Positions 9,111 to 17,579 of a stretch of DNA of 64,000 nt are shown here, piece by piece; within the stretch, counting starts at the first letter, position 1; every line of letters starts with the position of its first letter. The DNA is taken from the NCBI GenBank assembly GCA_964412165.1, contig CAYPMW010000003.1, forward strand, positions 10,338-74,337, given 5' to 3'. Under the pieces are notes generated by a model, which searched no databases, was not told the DNA's origin, and worked only from the letters and a program-made list of their open reading frames with translations. Source of the stretch: an uncultured Gammaproteobacteria bacterium. Its GTDB lineage: Bacteria; Patescibacteriota; Microgenomatia; UBA10105. The position numbers and the translations under genes were made by a program.

Positions 9111-11216
9111 ATGTATTTATTGCTGCTATTATCGGTTCCGGTTCTTTACATTTATGGCCTGATTCGTCTAATTCTTGATTTAATTAGATTCCAGGAAAAA
9201 AAAGCACCCCTTGATCGCCGTCAATTTCTGGAACAGGCGATTATAGATTTAGATAACACTATCAATAAAACTCCTTCAACCACGCTTTCCGAACAACTTT
9301 CTGCCTATCGCGCGCAACTTTTCGCGGCACAAACAGTCGTTGCGCCACGCATCCAAACACCCCAAACGGAACACGAATCTTTCTCAGTGGCTAACTGGTA
9401 TAGTGAAAATTCCATAAACGTGTTACTTTATATCGGCGCTTTTCTCATCGTTGCCTCAGTTTCAATATTCGTCGGTTTCCAGTGGGAAACGCTTTCTCCA
9501 GTCACAAGGGGCGGATTTATCACTGTATTTACCCTGCTGTGGTTTATCTTCGGATCATGGTTCGTATCAGTCCCGAAAGTTAGATCCGCCGGGATGACTT
9601 TTTTGGCAATAGGGGCGCTGCTTATCCCGTTTTGCGGTATGGGATGGTATAATTTTGTGTTGGAACCCATGGGGGCGGATAGCGGAGTCGTCTGGTTGAT
9701 CACGACTCTTGCGGCTCTCCCCGTTTATTACCTGCTTGCGGCAAATCTCCGCAAGAAATTTTACGGTTATTTAGTTAGTCTCGGCGCTTTTTCCCTCGTG
9801 TTCAGTATCATTGACTTAAGGAACCTGGCTTATGATTATTACATTTTGGGGACCATCCTGACCAGTATTGTGCTTCTGGTCCTGGCTCGTAATCAAGCTT
9901 TAAATTTAGCGGAAAACAATGAAATATTTGCCATACCTATTGAATACAGCGCACAAATTCTCGCTCCCTTGGCACTATTTTACGGGCTGATTCTGTCCGC
10001 CGTCGGAGACCGGTTGTTCACGCTTGAAACGACATTGGGAGTAATATCGGGAGCTTCGTTTTACCTGACAACGTATATATACCGGCGTTTTCCTCCATTC
10101 TTTGCGGTATTTCAAATCCTTGTGTATGCAAGTATATATTTCTGTCTAAAGTGGCTTTCATTTCCCTCACAAACTATTCTCTATATCCTCCAACTTGTTT
10201 CATTTTCCACGCTTATCGGAGCCTATTTTTTCAGACTCAAAAACCGGGAAGCTTTAAAAAATATCACGCTCCATCTCTCGGTGATAACTTCAGTCCTCTG
10301 GTATATGAGTGCATTGGCCGCAAACCTGGAAACTCAGGATAAGCTGGTGTTTAGCGTATTTGTTGCCGGCATAGCTCTTATCCAAAGCATCTTCTACGGT
10401 TACAAAGAGCTCAGGTACTTGGCAAATATTATTTATTTTATTGCCCTTATCCATGTGTTTGACCTGTTTAAACTCGATTATAACCATCTACCCCTGGCTT
10501 TCACCGGCCTGTCATGGGCGCTTTATATTCTTTCTACGCTTTTCCCGGATGACCAGGAAGCCAGCACTGTATACCAAACATCAGCTTTGGTGAGCGCGTT
10601 TTTTATTTCGCTTTTCTTCGGTGCCTATCATTTTTTACTCAAGGATACGCTATTTTACAAAGATTATACGAGACAGCTGTCAGTCCTGGCGGCAGCCTAT
10701 TCGGCATTTTTTGTCTATGTGGCCGAAGCCGTAAGAAGTAAAAGGACACTGATGCGCTACCTGGCTTCCGGCATGGGGGTACTTGTGTATGTCTGGCAGC
10801 TCAAGTTTGCGGAAGTGACTGAACTCCAGATATATACATCCGCAATCGGAGCGTATTTTTTAGTGCTGGCATTTTTACGACACGAAGCTGGAGACAATCA
10901 AAGAAGGGACCTATTTGACGGTTTAGGACTATTTGTACTGTTATTTTTTTCAATTATTCAGACATTTGCGGAAAAACCAATCTATGCCCTGGTTTTGGGA
11001 ATTGAAGGCACGCTTTTAGTATTTTTAGGCAATTTAGGGCAGTCCAAGCGCTACACCTATACCGGAATTACAGCAATCGTTTTGGCTGTACTTTCCCAAA
11101 CGTATGATGAAATCCTTGAGCTGCCGCGGTGGCTCCTCACCGGCGCTGGCGGATTTTTATTTATACTGATTGCTTTATATCTCATGGTGTATAAAAAACA
11201 TCCCGAATCGAGGTGA
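9111..11216 (+). CDS. Large polytopic integral membrane protein (701 aa, ~18 predicted TM helices), function unknown
   Basis: Hydrophobic throughout. The N-terminal 100 aa are amphipathic/soluble-like. No catalytic motif recognised. Confidence 0.6.
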   Translation: MYLLLLLSVPVLYIYGLIRLILDLIRFQEKKAPLDRRQFLEQAIIDLDNTINKTPSTTLSEQLSAYRAQLFAAQTVVAPRIQTPQTEHESFSVANWYSENSINVLLYIGAFLIVASVSIFVGFQWETLSPVTRGGFITVFTLLWFIFGSWFVSVPKVRSAGMTFLAIGALLIPFCGMGWYNFVLEPMGADSGVVWLITTLAALPVYYLLAANLRKKFYGYLVSLGAFSLVFSIIDLRNLAYDYYILGTILTSIVLLVLARNQALNLAENNEIFAIPIEYSAQILAPLALFYGLILSAVGDRLFTLETTLGVISGASFYLTTYIYRRFPPFFAVFQILVYASIYFCLKWLSFPSQTILYILQLVSFSTLIGAYFFRLKNREALKNITLHLSVITSVLWYMSALAANLETQDKLVFSVFVAGIALIQSIFYGYKELRYLANIIYFIALIHVFDLFKLDYNHLPLAFTGLSWALYILSTLFPDDQEASTVYQTSALVSAFFISLFFGAYHFLLKDTLFYKDYTRQLSVLAAAYSAFFVYVAEAVRSKRTLMRYLASGMGVLVYVWQLKFAEVTELQIYTSAIGAYFLVLAFLRHEAGDNQRRDLFDGLGLFVLLFFSIIQTFAEKPIYALVLGIEGTLLVFLGNLGQSKRYTYTGITAIVLAVLSQTYDEILELPRWLLTGAGGFLFILIALYLMVYKKHPESR

Positions 11217-11454
11217 CTTCTCCATATTTATAAGTCTCATTATGCTACTGGTATAATCCCGCTAGTCTCCCGATCGACCTAAAACTTCTGCTTTTTAACG
11301 AAGTTTACAGGGAAGTCAAGCCAAGCATTACGGAAAATATAATAAAAAGGACTGACGGCACCTCAAGTCGAGCCGTGAGAATTGTCCAGAGAATTTTACA
11401 GCTTGCAGCACACACGCAACCCAGCGCTTTATGGATTACTAATAGAATCCGGAA

Positions 11455-12549
11455 TTATGCTCCAATCTTAAAGTCCACAACATCCCCATCTGTCATCTCG
11501 TATTCTTTACCTTCGAGTCGGACTTTGCCGAGTTCCCGAGCTTTCTGCCAACCGCCAACTCTCACAAAATCATCATATGAGACTACCTCAGCTTTGATAA
11601 AATTTTTCTCGAAATTAGTGTGGATCACGCCAGCTGCCTGGGTAGCTTTCATACCGCGGGTAATCGTCCACGCCCGCGCTTCCTTCTCGCCTCCGGTCAG
11701 AAATGAAATTAGGTTAAGCTTTGCGTAGGCTTTCCTTACAAGCCGCTCAAGACCGGATGTCTCAAGTTCCAAGGTTTTCAGATATTCCTGTTCCTCCTCC
11801 GGTGTAAGACTCGCAAGTTCAGCTTCAATCTTTGCGGAAACAACCACTTCATTATCCTGCGAACTGTGAACCACTAACTGTGAACTTACTTCTTTTTCGC
11901 TCACATTCAACACATAAATCACCGGTTTCATCGTCAATAGATGCAGGTCCTTTATAATATCTTGCTCTTGCGGATCAGTGATTACCCGAGATGCGCATTG
12001 TCCTTGGTTTAAGGCTACTTTAAACCGCGAAATAATTTCCCATTTTTTAAGTTCTTCCTTGGTCGCATTCATCCTCGGCTCCGTCTGTTTCTCCAGAGTC
12101 TCAAGATCGGCAAGCATGAGTTCTGCTTCAACTATTCCTTTGTCACGCGCTGGATCCACTTCTGCGGCCATATGGACGACTGACGGATCGCCAAAGTAAC
12201 GGATCATATGGCAAATTAGATCCACCTCGCGGATGTGGGCAAGAAATTTATTTCCCAAACCTTCACCTTTGTGTGCTCCAGCAACAAGTCCTGCTATATC
12301 AATAAATTTTACTGTGGCCGGGACGAGAGGAATTTTCTTTTTTTCTTGACCCACAACTGATAACTCATCACTTACAATTTCCGCGATTTTAGACAGCCGC
12401 GGATCTGGTACGGGAACCACTCCCACATTTGGTTCAATAGTGGCAAATGGATAACTGGCTACATACGCCACCTGTTTTTTCAGAAGCGCATTAAACAATG
12501 TCGACTTTCCGGCGTTCGGTAGCCCTACGATTCCGACACTCAGGCCCAT
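11455..12549 (-). CDS. ychF: Ribosome-binding ATPase YchF (Obg-family GTPase with a C-terminal TGS domain)
   Basis: [18 protein letters not shown]-loop, the ..NVGVVPVPD.. G-domain and a C-terminal TGS domain (..[15 protein letters not shown]..). Confidence 0.9.
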   Translation of the reverse strand: MGLSVGIVGLPNAGKSTLFNALLKKQVAYVASYPFATIEPNVGVVPVPDPRLSKIAEIVSDELSVVGQEKKKIPLVPATVKFIDIAGLVAGAHKGEGLGNKFLAHIREVDLICHMIRYFGDPSVVHMAAEVDPARDKGIVEAELMLADLETLEKQTEPRMNATKEELKKWEIISRFKVALNQGQCASRVITDPQEQDIIKDLHLLTMKPVIYVLNVSEKEVSSQLVVHSSQDNEVVVSAKIEAELASLTPEEEQEYLKTLELETSGLERLVRKAYAKLNLISFLTGGEKEARAWTITRGMKATQAAGVIHTNFEKNFIKAEVVSYDDFVRVGGWQKARELGKVRLEGKEYEMTDGDVVDFKIGA

Positions 12550-12622
12550 ATTCCGTAACTCCTTCTATTGAATATTATATATTTCTGTGGTAATATACAT
12601 TTATCACGATGACTGGACTAGC

Positions 12623-13162
12623 CTAAGGTTTCGACCGACCGCGAATGCCAGTCTTTTTTTGTTCTAAAGAGTCCCGCAGTAAATCAATCCGCACAATATA
12701 ACGCTTCTGGTTAAATTGACGTAATAAGCTGGAATAATGTCGTGTTGGCGCAAGTATTTTAAGAAGTTTATCTTTGTCTTCTAAATATTCAATTAAACAA
12801 TGGAAATCCCCATCACCTGTAACAATAACTGCTTTATGATAATACTTGTATTGAATCATCGTATGTAGAACTAGTTCGGCATCTACGTTTCCCTTAATGA
12901 CAACTTTATCCGCTTCACGATGATACAAGGTTGGCTTAAAGATTATGACAAAACCACATTCCTCCAAAAAGGCGTACAATAACTCGTTTCCTGCTACTTG
13001 ACCTATAAACAAATATGCCTTAACAACACCATATTTGTTTCTCAGATACTGCCTAAATTTACGCCAATCCAATTTCCAACTTTGGGATTGAATACCCAAA
13101 TTTAAGTTTTGGCTGTCAATAAATGCGTAAACTACCGGATTTTTACTTCTTCGCATGAACAA
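12623..13162 (-). CDS. NYN-domain (LabA-like, PIN-related) putative RNase
   Basis: ..VYAFIDSQNLNLG.. and ..VIVTGDGDFHCLIEYL.. match the NYN fold signature. Confidence 0.65.
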   Translation of the reverse strand: MFMRRSKNPVVYAFIDSQNLNLGIQSQSWKLDWRKFRQYLRNKYGVVKAYLFIGQVAGNELLYAFLEECGFVIIFKPTLYHREADKVVIKGNVDAELVLHTMIQYKYYHKAVIVTGDGDFHCLIEYLEDKDKLLKILAPTRHYSSLLRQFNQKRYIVRIDLLRDSLEQKKTGIRGRSKP

Positions 13163-13350
13163 ATTGTAGCATAAACAATGGCTTTCACTATACTAATGAG
13201 TTCTTTATCCATTCTTAACTAGCAAGAAGATAGGTTTTCAGGAAGAGCGGTAGAACGATGTTGCAATAATCAAAGCTTAAAGTCTTTTTTAACAATTATC
13301 ATAGGTAACAGTTCACTCTTTCGATACAAATATTATTGTTTGAGCGTCCT

Positions 13351-13366
13351 ACACACCGGGTGTGTG
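13351..13366. repeat. REP-like imperfect palindrome ACACACCGGGTGTGTG (left flank of the transposase)
   Basis: Seen directly in the sequence; the core is shared with the right-flank tandem repeats. Confidence 0.6.
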
Positions 13367-13408
13367 CTGGCTTGACACAGAGGAATATTTTCTTTACTAT
13401 AAATTCAA

Positions 13409-14083
13409 ATGCCCCGACGTCTGACACCTCTTGTAACCGGAGAAATTTATCACGTCTTCAACAGAAGTGTTGCTCTTCAACCCATATTTAAGGGTTCTAG
13501 AGATTATGTAAGAGTTCTTGAGTTAATTGATTATTATCGTTATCTGAACCATCCCATGCGTTTCTCGCATTACAATAGATTACCGCCCCAAACAAAAATC
13601 AAATTACTAGAACATCTTTACAAAACAGACGATAAATATATCGACGTATACGCATTTTCCTTAATGCCAAATCATTATCATCTTCTTGTTAAACAATTAA
13701 AGGATGATGGCATAAGTACATTCTTCAGATTGATCCAAAATAGTTATGCAAAATATCTGAACACAAAATCAAAAAGATTTGGTTCTCTATTTCAACAAAT
13801 GTTTAAGGCAGTAAGGATTGAAACAGATGAACAATTACTTCATGTCGCGAGATATATACATCTAAATCCACTTACAAGTTATATTATTAATAAAAAAAGT
13901 GACTTGGAAAAGTATAGATGGACTTCATTTATAGATTATCTCTCTTCCAGTCCCCGACTCTTCATAAATACTAATTTCTTAAATAAATACTTTAACACAA
14001 AGTCTAACTTTAAGGAATTTACGTTTAACCAACTTGATTATCAAAGAAATCTGGAAAGGATAAAACATCTTACAGGTGACTAG
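13409..14083 (+). CDS. Y1 (HUH) transposase, IS200-like / REP-associated tyrosine transposase (RAYT) family
   Basis: ..IYHVFNRS.. N-terminal motif, the LMPNHYHLL HUH motif and the catalytic Tyr in ARYIHLNPL. Confidence 0.8.
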   Translation: MPRRLTPLVTGEIYHVFNRSVALQPIFKGSRDYVRVLELIDYYRYLNHPMRFSHYNRLPPQTKIKLLEHLYKTDDKYIDVYAFSLMPNHYHLLVKQLKDDGISTFFRLIQNSYAKYLNTKSKRFGSLFQQMFKAVRIETDEQLLHVARYIHLNPLTSYIINKKSDLEKYRWTSFIDYLSSSPRLFINTNFLNKYFNTKSNFKEFTFNQLDYQRNLERIKHLTGD

Positions 14084-14104
14084 ACCCTGTTTGTCTACCT
14101 ACCA

Positions 14105-14153
14105 CACACCGGGTGTGGGTAACCGGGTGTGGGTAACACCGGGTGTGGGTAAA
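14105..14153. repeat. Three tandem REP-like units (CA)CCGGGTGTGGGTAA(A) on the right flank of the transposase
   Basis: Direct tandem triplication visible in the sequence, with periods of 14-16 nt. Confidence 0.65.
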
Positions 14154-14334
14154 CACTTTTTATTTTAGGCTGGGTTGCCAATGACTTTACAAAGAGAGAA
14201 GAAGTAGCCTCTCAACAATTTCAAAGTGGCATAGGAGGTGGTCCACCAAAAGACTGCACCCAAATTAACGCTAACTGACTTGTCCAAAATAATACTATCT
14301 GCTATACTTTTTAAAATTCCACTTTACTTCATTT

Positions 14335-14409
14335 GCGATGGTAGTTCAATGGTAAAACGCTACCTTCCCAAGGAGAAGGCTGAGGGTTCTATTCCCTTCC
14401 ATCGCTCCA
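14335..14409 (+). tRNA. tRNA-Gly(CCC)-like element with encoded CCA; the anticodon stem is degenerate (possible pseudo-tRNA or unusual tRNA)
   Basis: It aligns position-by-position to bacterial tRNA-Gly. The 7-bp acceptor GCGATGG/CCATCGC is perfect. D-arm GTTC-AATGGTA-AAAC. Anticodon loop TTCCCAA (anticodon CCC). Variable loop AGGCT. T-arm GAGGG-TTCTATT-CCCTT. Discriminator U plus CCA. However the anticodon stem CTACC/GGAGA has only 2-3 of its 5 pairs. Confidence 0.45.
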
Positions 14410-14483
14410 AATATGACAGAAATAAACAGAAAGTTACTAGGAAATTACATAAAAGTTACAATTAAATACACAGAAAGGTACTT

Positions 14484-15134
14484 ATGCTTAGTTCACAAGA
14501 ACAAGAAATTATCAAATATCAAGGAGATCTAGAGTTGGGAATATCTTTGCCTGTCGAGTGGCCAACTGTTGACATAGAAAAAGCTGATGCACAAGTAACA
14601 CTTGCAGCAAGAGCCATTCGATTACATTACTACCGTCAACTTCGGCTTTTAAGACAAATTCCCTATTTAGCGCTTGAAGCCAATGGCCGTGGTGGATGGC
14701 TTGATGAATGGGGTCGCGCCTATACTCATTGCATGATGGCAATTCATCAGGAGAACGAAACATGGGGATCATATGATATGTTTATTGAACTTAGATCTGG
14801 TGTTCTTATTGGGGCAGAAGGCTCAAGTAGCCACTTCGTAATTACACCGTCAGAAACGGTTCAATTTGGTGGAGACACGAGTTGGAAATTAGCGAGCGAT
14901 AAAGAAATTTATACAAAATTAGCTCATCAAGATGAAAAAAGTAGATTTAGTCCAACTGATGAAATCAATGATATGTTACAGAGGACTAAACGACCTTATC
15001 ACAATCGCCCAGAAGAAGTTGAAAGAGCATTGAGAAATAAAGCACGATATAAGCTTAAACTTGATGAAATGATGGCAGATTTACCAGAAGAACAAGTCAT
15101 AGCCACTTTAAGAGCTCAGGGATTTGATCTATAA
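14484..15134 (+). CDS. Hypothetical protein (216 aa)
   Basis: Intact ORF immediately 3' of the tRNA-like element. No recognisable motif. Confidence 0.45.
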   Translation: MLSSQEQEIIKYQGDLELGISLPVEWPTVDIEKADAQVTLAARAIRLHYYRQLRLLRQIPYLALEANGRGGWLDEWGRAYTHCMMAIHQENETWGSYDMFIELRSGVLIGAEGSSSHFVITPSETVQFGGDTSWKLASDKEIYTKLAHQDEKSRFSPTDEINDMLQRTKRPYHNRPEEVERALRNKARYKLKLDEMMADLPEEQVIATLRAQGFDL

Positions 15135-15385
15135 ACGTGCGAGAAAAGCTTTGTATACTAAGACGATCTTAAAGTGTTTGTAACTGCAAAACAAGATCTG
15201 GTGTGATATAGTCCACCAGGCTATACTGAAAAAACTCAGGTTTGCAACTCGTTTTTCCAGTATAAACAGGTCCTAACTGATTACGCTCCCCAGCTCATTA
15301 TTAATATTTCACTGTCTATATTCTTGATTTTTAGATATGCTCGTCGAAGAGCGAGAAAGAACGGGAAATCGAGGTTGGCGAAGTT

Positions 15386-16357
15386 TTAACGGCTAATTTT
15401 TGCAGCGTAAATATCACCGTTTCCGGTTCGAGATGACCCCCATGCTGCGATATCTTTCCATATGGAAGTTCCACTATGAGAGTTTTGATTTGGTCCTGTT
15501 GCTTGAAGCTCAAACACTTCACCTGTTCCCAAATCGGCCGCCTTAATTGTGTTTACATGCGCTGAAGGGCTTTCCGACCACACGATATATTTATTTGAAA
15601 TTGAAGGATTTTGAAGCGAGTTAGTGTTAGTTTCGTAAATAACTCTTCTTTCGCCAGTTTTTAAATTTTTCATCACAATTGCCTGGTACGTACCATATAT
15701 ACCTTCATCATATTGATACCAAACCACATTATTTCCATAAATATCCGCAGATTCTTGAAAACCATCCTCAACAGCTATGTCTAGGAATTGTTTACGTCGT
15801 AAGTTATAACCTCGAATGTCTGATCCACCTGGTGCGCCTTCTCCCCAATAAACAATATTGTCGGTAATCTTAGGACTGCATACATTATCAACTATATGTT
15901 GAGTTTGATTCTTACGAATATGATAGGCATAGAGGCTTCCACAAGCTCCACCATCAAGGTAGATAACATAATCACCATTTGTTCCACCGCTTGAGTAAGA
16001 GTTCGGATCACCAATAATTAAAGTATCTTTACTTGTCTTGACGTTATATAACTTAATAATCCCAGTTGTTGAACCAGGTGGAATATCTTGATATACAATC
16101 AAATTGTTATAAAGGTCAGTAATGTACTGTTCACCATCTTTCTGAATGATAGGAAAGTTTTCTTTCGTATCCAAGTTATATCCCCAGATGTCACTCAAGC
16201 TGTCGTATACTATTAGGTCTTTGTAAACAAAAGCGTCTTTTTGTTGCGATCCGTCGGTGGTTACCTGAAATGTGTTTACACTTACTGCCCAAACCGTGCT
16301 TGTAGATACAGAAAATATTAGTAGTAACGAAAATAGCCAATAATGAAACTTTTTCAT
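15386..16357 (-). CDS. Secreted repeat protein, probable beta-propeller (seven ~45-aa repeats ending ..DIYGYNL/..IRGYNL)
   Basis: N-terminal signal peptide (MKKFHYWLFSLLLIFSVSTSTVWA). Recurring [NDY]-I-V-[WY]...G-[DS]-I-[YW/R]-G-Y-N-L blades. Confidence 0.55.
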   Translation of the reverse strand: MKKFHYWLFSLLLIFSVSTSTVWAVSVNTFQVTTDGSQQKDAFVYKDLIVYDSLSDIWGYNLDTKENFPIIQKDGEQYITDLYNNLIVYQDIPPGSTTGIIKLYNVKTSKDTLIIGDPNSYSSGGTNGDYVIYLDGGACGSLYAYHIRKNQTQHIVDNVCSPKITDNIVYWGEGAPGGSDIRGYNLRRKQFLDIAVEDGFQESADIYGNNVVWYQYDEGIYGTYQAIVMKNLKTGERRVIYETNTNSLQNPSISNKYIVWSESPSAHVNTIKAADLGTGEVFELQATGPNQNSHSGTSIWKDIAAWGSSRTGNGDIYAAKISR

Positions 16358-16642
16358 CTTAATTTTAATCCCAATATTAGTTTGTTACATTCATGGATAG
16401 TTTACAATAATTCTATTAGCTTTATTTCTTCTTCTATAAACACTCTTACAACTACTTACAATAACTTATGTTTATTTTATCGTAAGTACGTTTAAATTGC
16501 TGTGCTTTTGTTAAAGAGAAACCTTTGTTTACCTTGTTGTTCCACTAATTACTCTTAAAATCCCTTGGATAGCCAAACAAGTGTAGTTTTCATGGAAACA
16601 ACAATATGAAGGATTAGAACTTAAACTGGGAAGATTATGTGT

Positions 16643-17119
16643 TCACCTATTTAAAATCCAGATTGAGAGATTTAAAATCGTAGCAAAACTTACCCAGGCA
16701 AGATAAGGATAGAGAAGATAGGATGCCACTTTAGAAATCTTTTGAAAAGCCTGAATTGTAAGAACAATTGCAACCCATAAAGCAATTATTTCTATAAATG
16801 CCAAACTAGGGCTTTTTAGTCCAAAAAATAAAATTGACCAAACAGTATTAAGTCCTAGTTGTATAAAAAATAATTTAACAGCATGGTGTTTTGACTTTGC
16901 TTTGGAAGTCCAAACCATGTATAAAGAGATCCCCATTAATGCATACAAGGTTGTCCAAACAGGTCCGAATACAAAGTTTGGTGGGGAAAAGAAAGGTTTG
17001 GTTAACATTGCATACCAGGTAGGGATAGAGGAAATTGTAAAGAATGACCCTAAAAGGCCAGCGGCTTGACAGATCAAAATGGCGTATATAAGTAGAGGCC
17101 AGTTCACTGTTTTGGGCAT
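16643..17119 (-). CDS. tspO: TspO/MBR-family tryptophan-rich sensory protein (5 TM)
   Basis: ..WYAMLTKPFFSPPNFVFGPVWTTLYALMGISLYMVW.. and ..LLYPYLAWVSFATILN.. are family-diagnostic. Confidence 0.85.
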   Translation of the reverse strand: MPKTVNWPLLIYAILICQAAGLLGSFFTISSIPTWYAMLTKPFFSPPNFVFGPVWTTLYALMGISLYMVWTSKAKSKHHAVKLFFIQLGLNTVWSILFFGLKSPSLAFIEIIALWVAIVLTIQAFQKISKVASYLLYPYLAWVSFATILNLSIWILNR

Positions 17120-17220
17120 TATATAAATTATTACTGATACTAATCTAAATTACAACGACAATTTTTACCCAAGAAACCAATATTCTAATAAAAACTAGTC
17201 TGTCTAAAAAAGTGAGGACT

Positions 17221-17252
17221 CCCCGGTTTAAAAGCCGGGGCATCTTTGTTTT
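17221..17252 (+). terminator. Rho-independent terminator-like element: CCCCGG-N8-CCGGGG hairpin, then CATC, then TTTGTTTT
   Basis: A perfect 6-bp GC stem followed by a T-rich tract on the plus strand. No annotated plus-strand gene precedes it. Confidence 0.35.
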
Positions 17253-17254
17253 AG

Positions 17255-17400
17255 TGTCCGAAACCCCGTACCGAAAGCCCTAAGAAGACTTCCATACCTG
17301 CCAGCAGGTAGGTATTCAACCCCGCCCTGAATGGCGGGCTTCCTGGTACTGGGGTAACTACTTTTGGAAAGGTTGAGGCAGCAGAAATGATAACAGCAAA
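17255..17400. ncRNA. Candidate structured non-coding RNA / regulatory element of unknown class (GC-rich nested hairpins in an AT-rich intergenic region)
   Basis: A long-range pairing CCCCGTACC...GGTACTGGGG encloses TACCTG-CCAG-CAGGTA and CCCGCC-N7-GGCGGG hairpins. No ORF of 60 aa or longer. I could not match it to RNase P, SRP, tmRNA or 6S RNA, or to a known riboswitch consensus. Confidence 0.3.
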
Positions 17401-17579
17401 GTAGTCAAAGTTCCCAAATAGTTTTTATTATAAAGAAAAGTGATGTCAGACTTATTTCAGGAAAAAAATCAAAATACAAACTGTTATATGTTAAACCACT
17501 CACCTTCACATGACTTACAATACCTTCCAAATGATCTATTGCAAACAAATTGGATGTATACTAGAGTAAAATAAGCCCT

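Larger units (their letters stand above)
13345..14155 (+). mobile_element. IS200/RAYT-like unit: a Y1 HUH transposase gene bracketed by REP-like CACACCGGGTGTG hairpin repeats
   Basis: The transposase CDS is flanked upstream by one hairpin repeat and downstream by three tandem repeats of the same core. Confidence 0.6.

Noticed and set aside
9428-9703. Antisense and shadow ORFs inside annotated genes (for example 656..853, 9428..9703, 11375..11728, 21671..21991, 49977..50561, 52491..52955)
   Set aside because: They lie entirely within longer conserved genes on the opposite strand or in another frame, and have no motif support.
14238-14465. 75-aa plus-strand ORF
   Set aside because: It completely contains the tRNA-Gly-like element and has low-complexity, non-protein-like composition, so it is most likely not coding.
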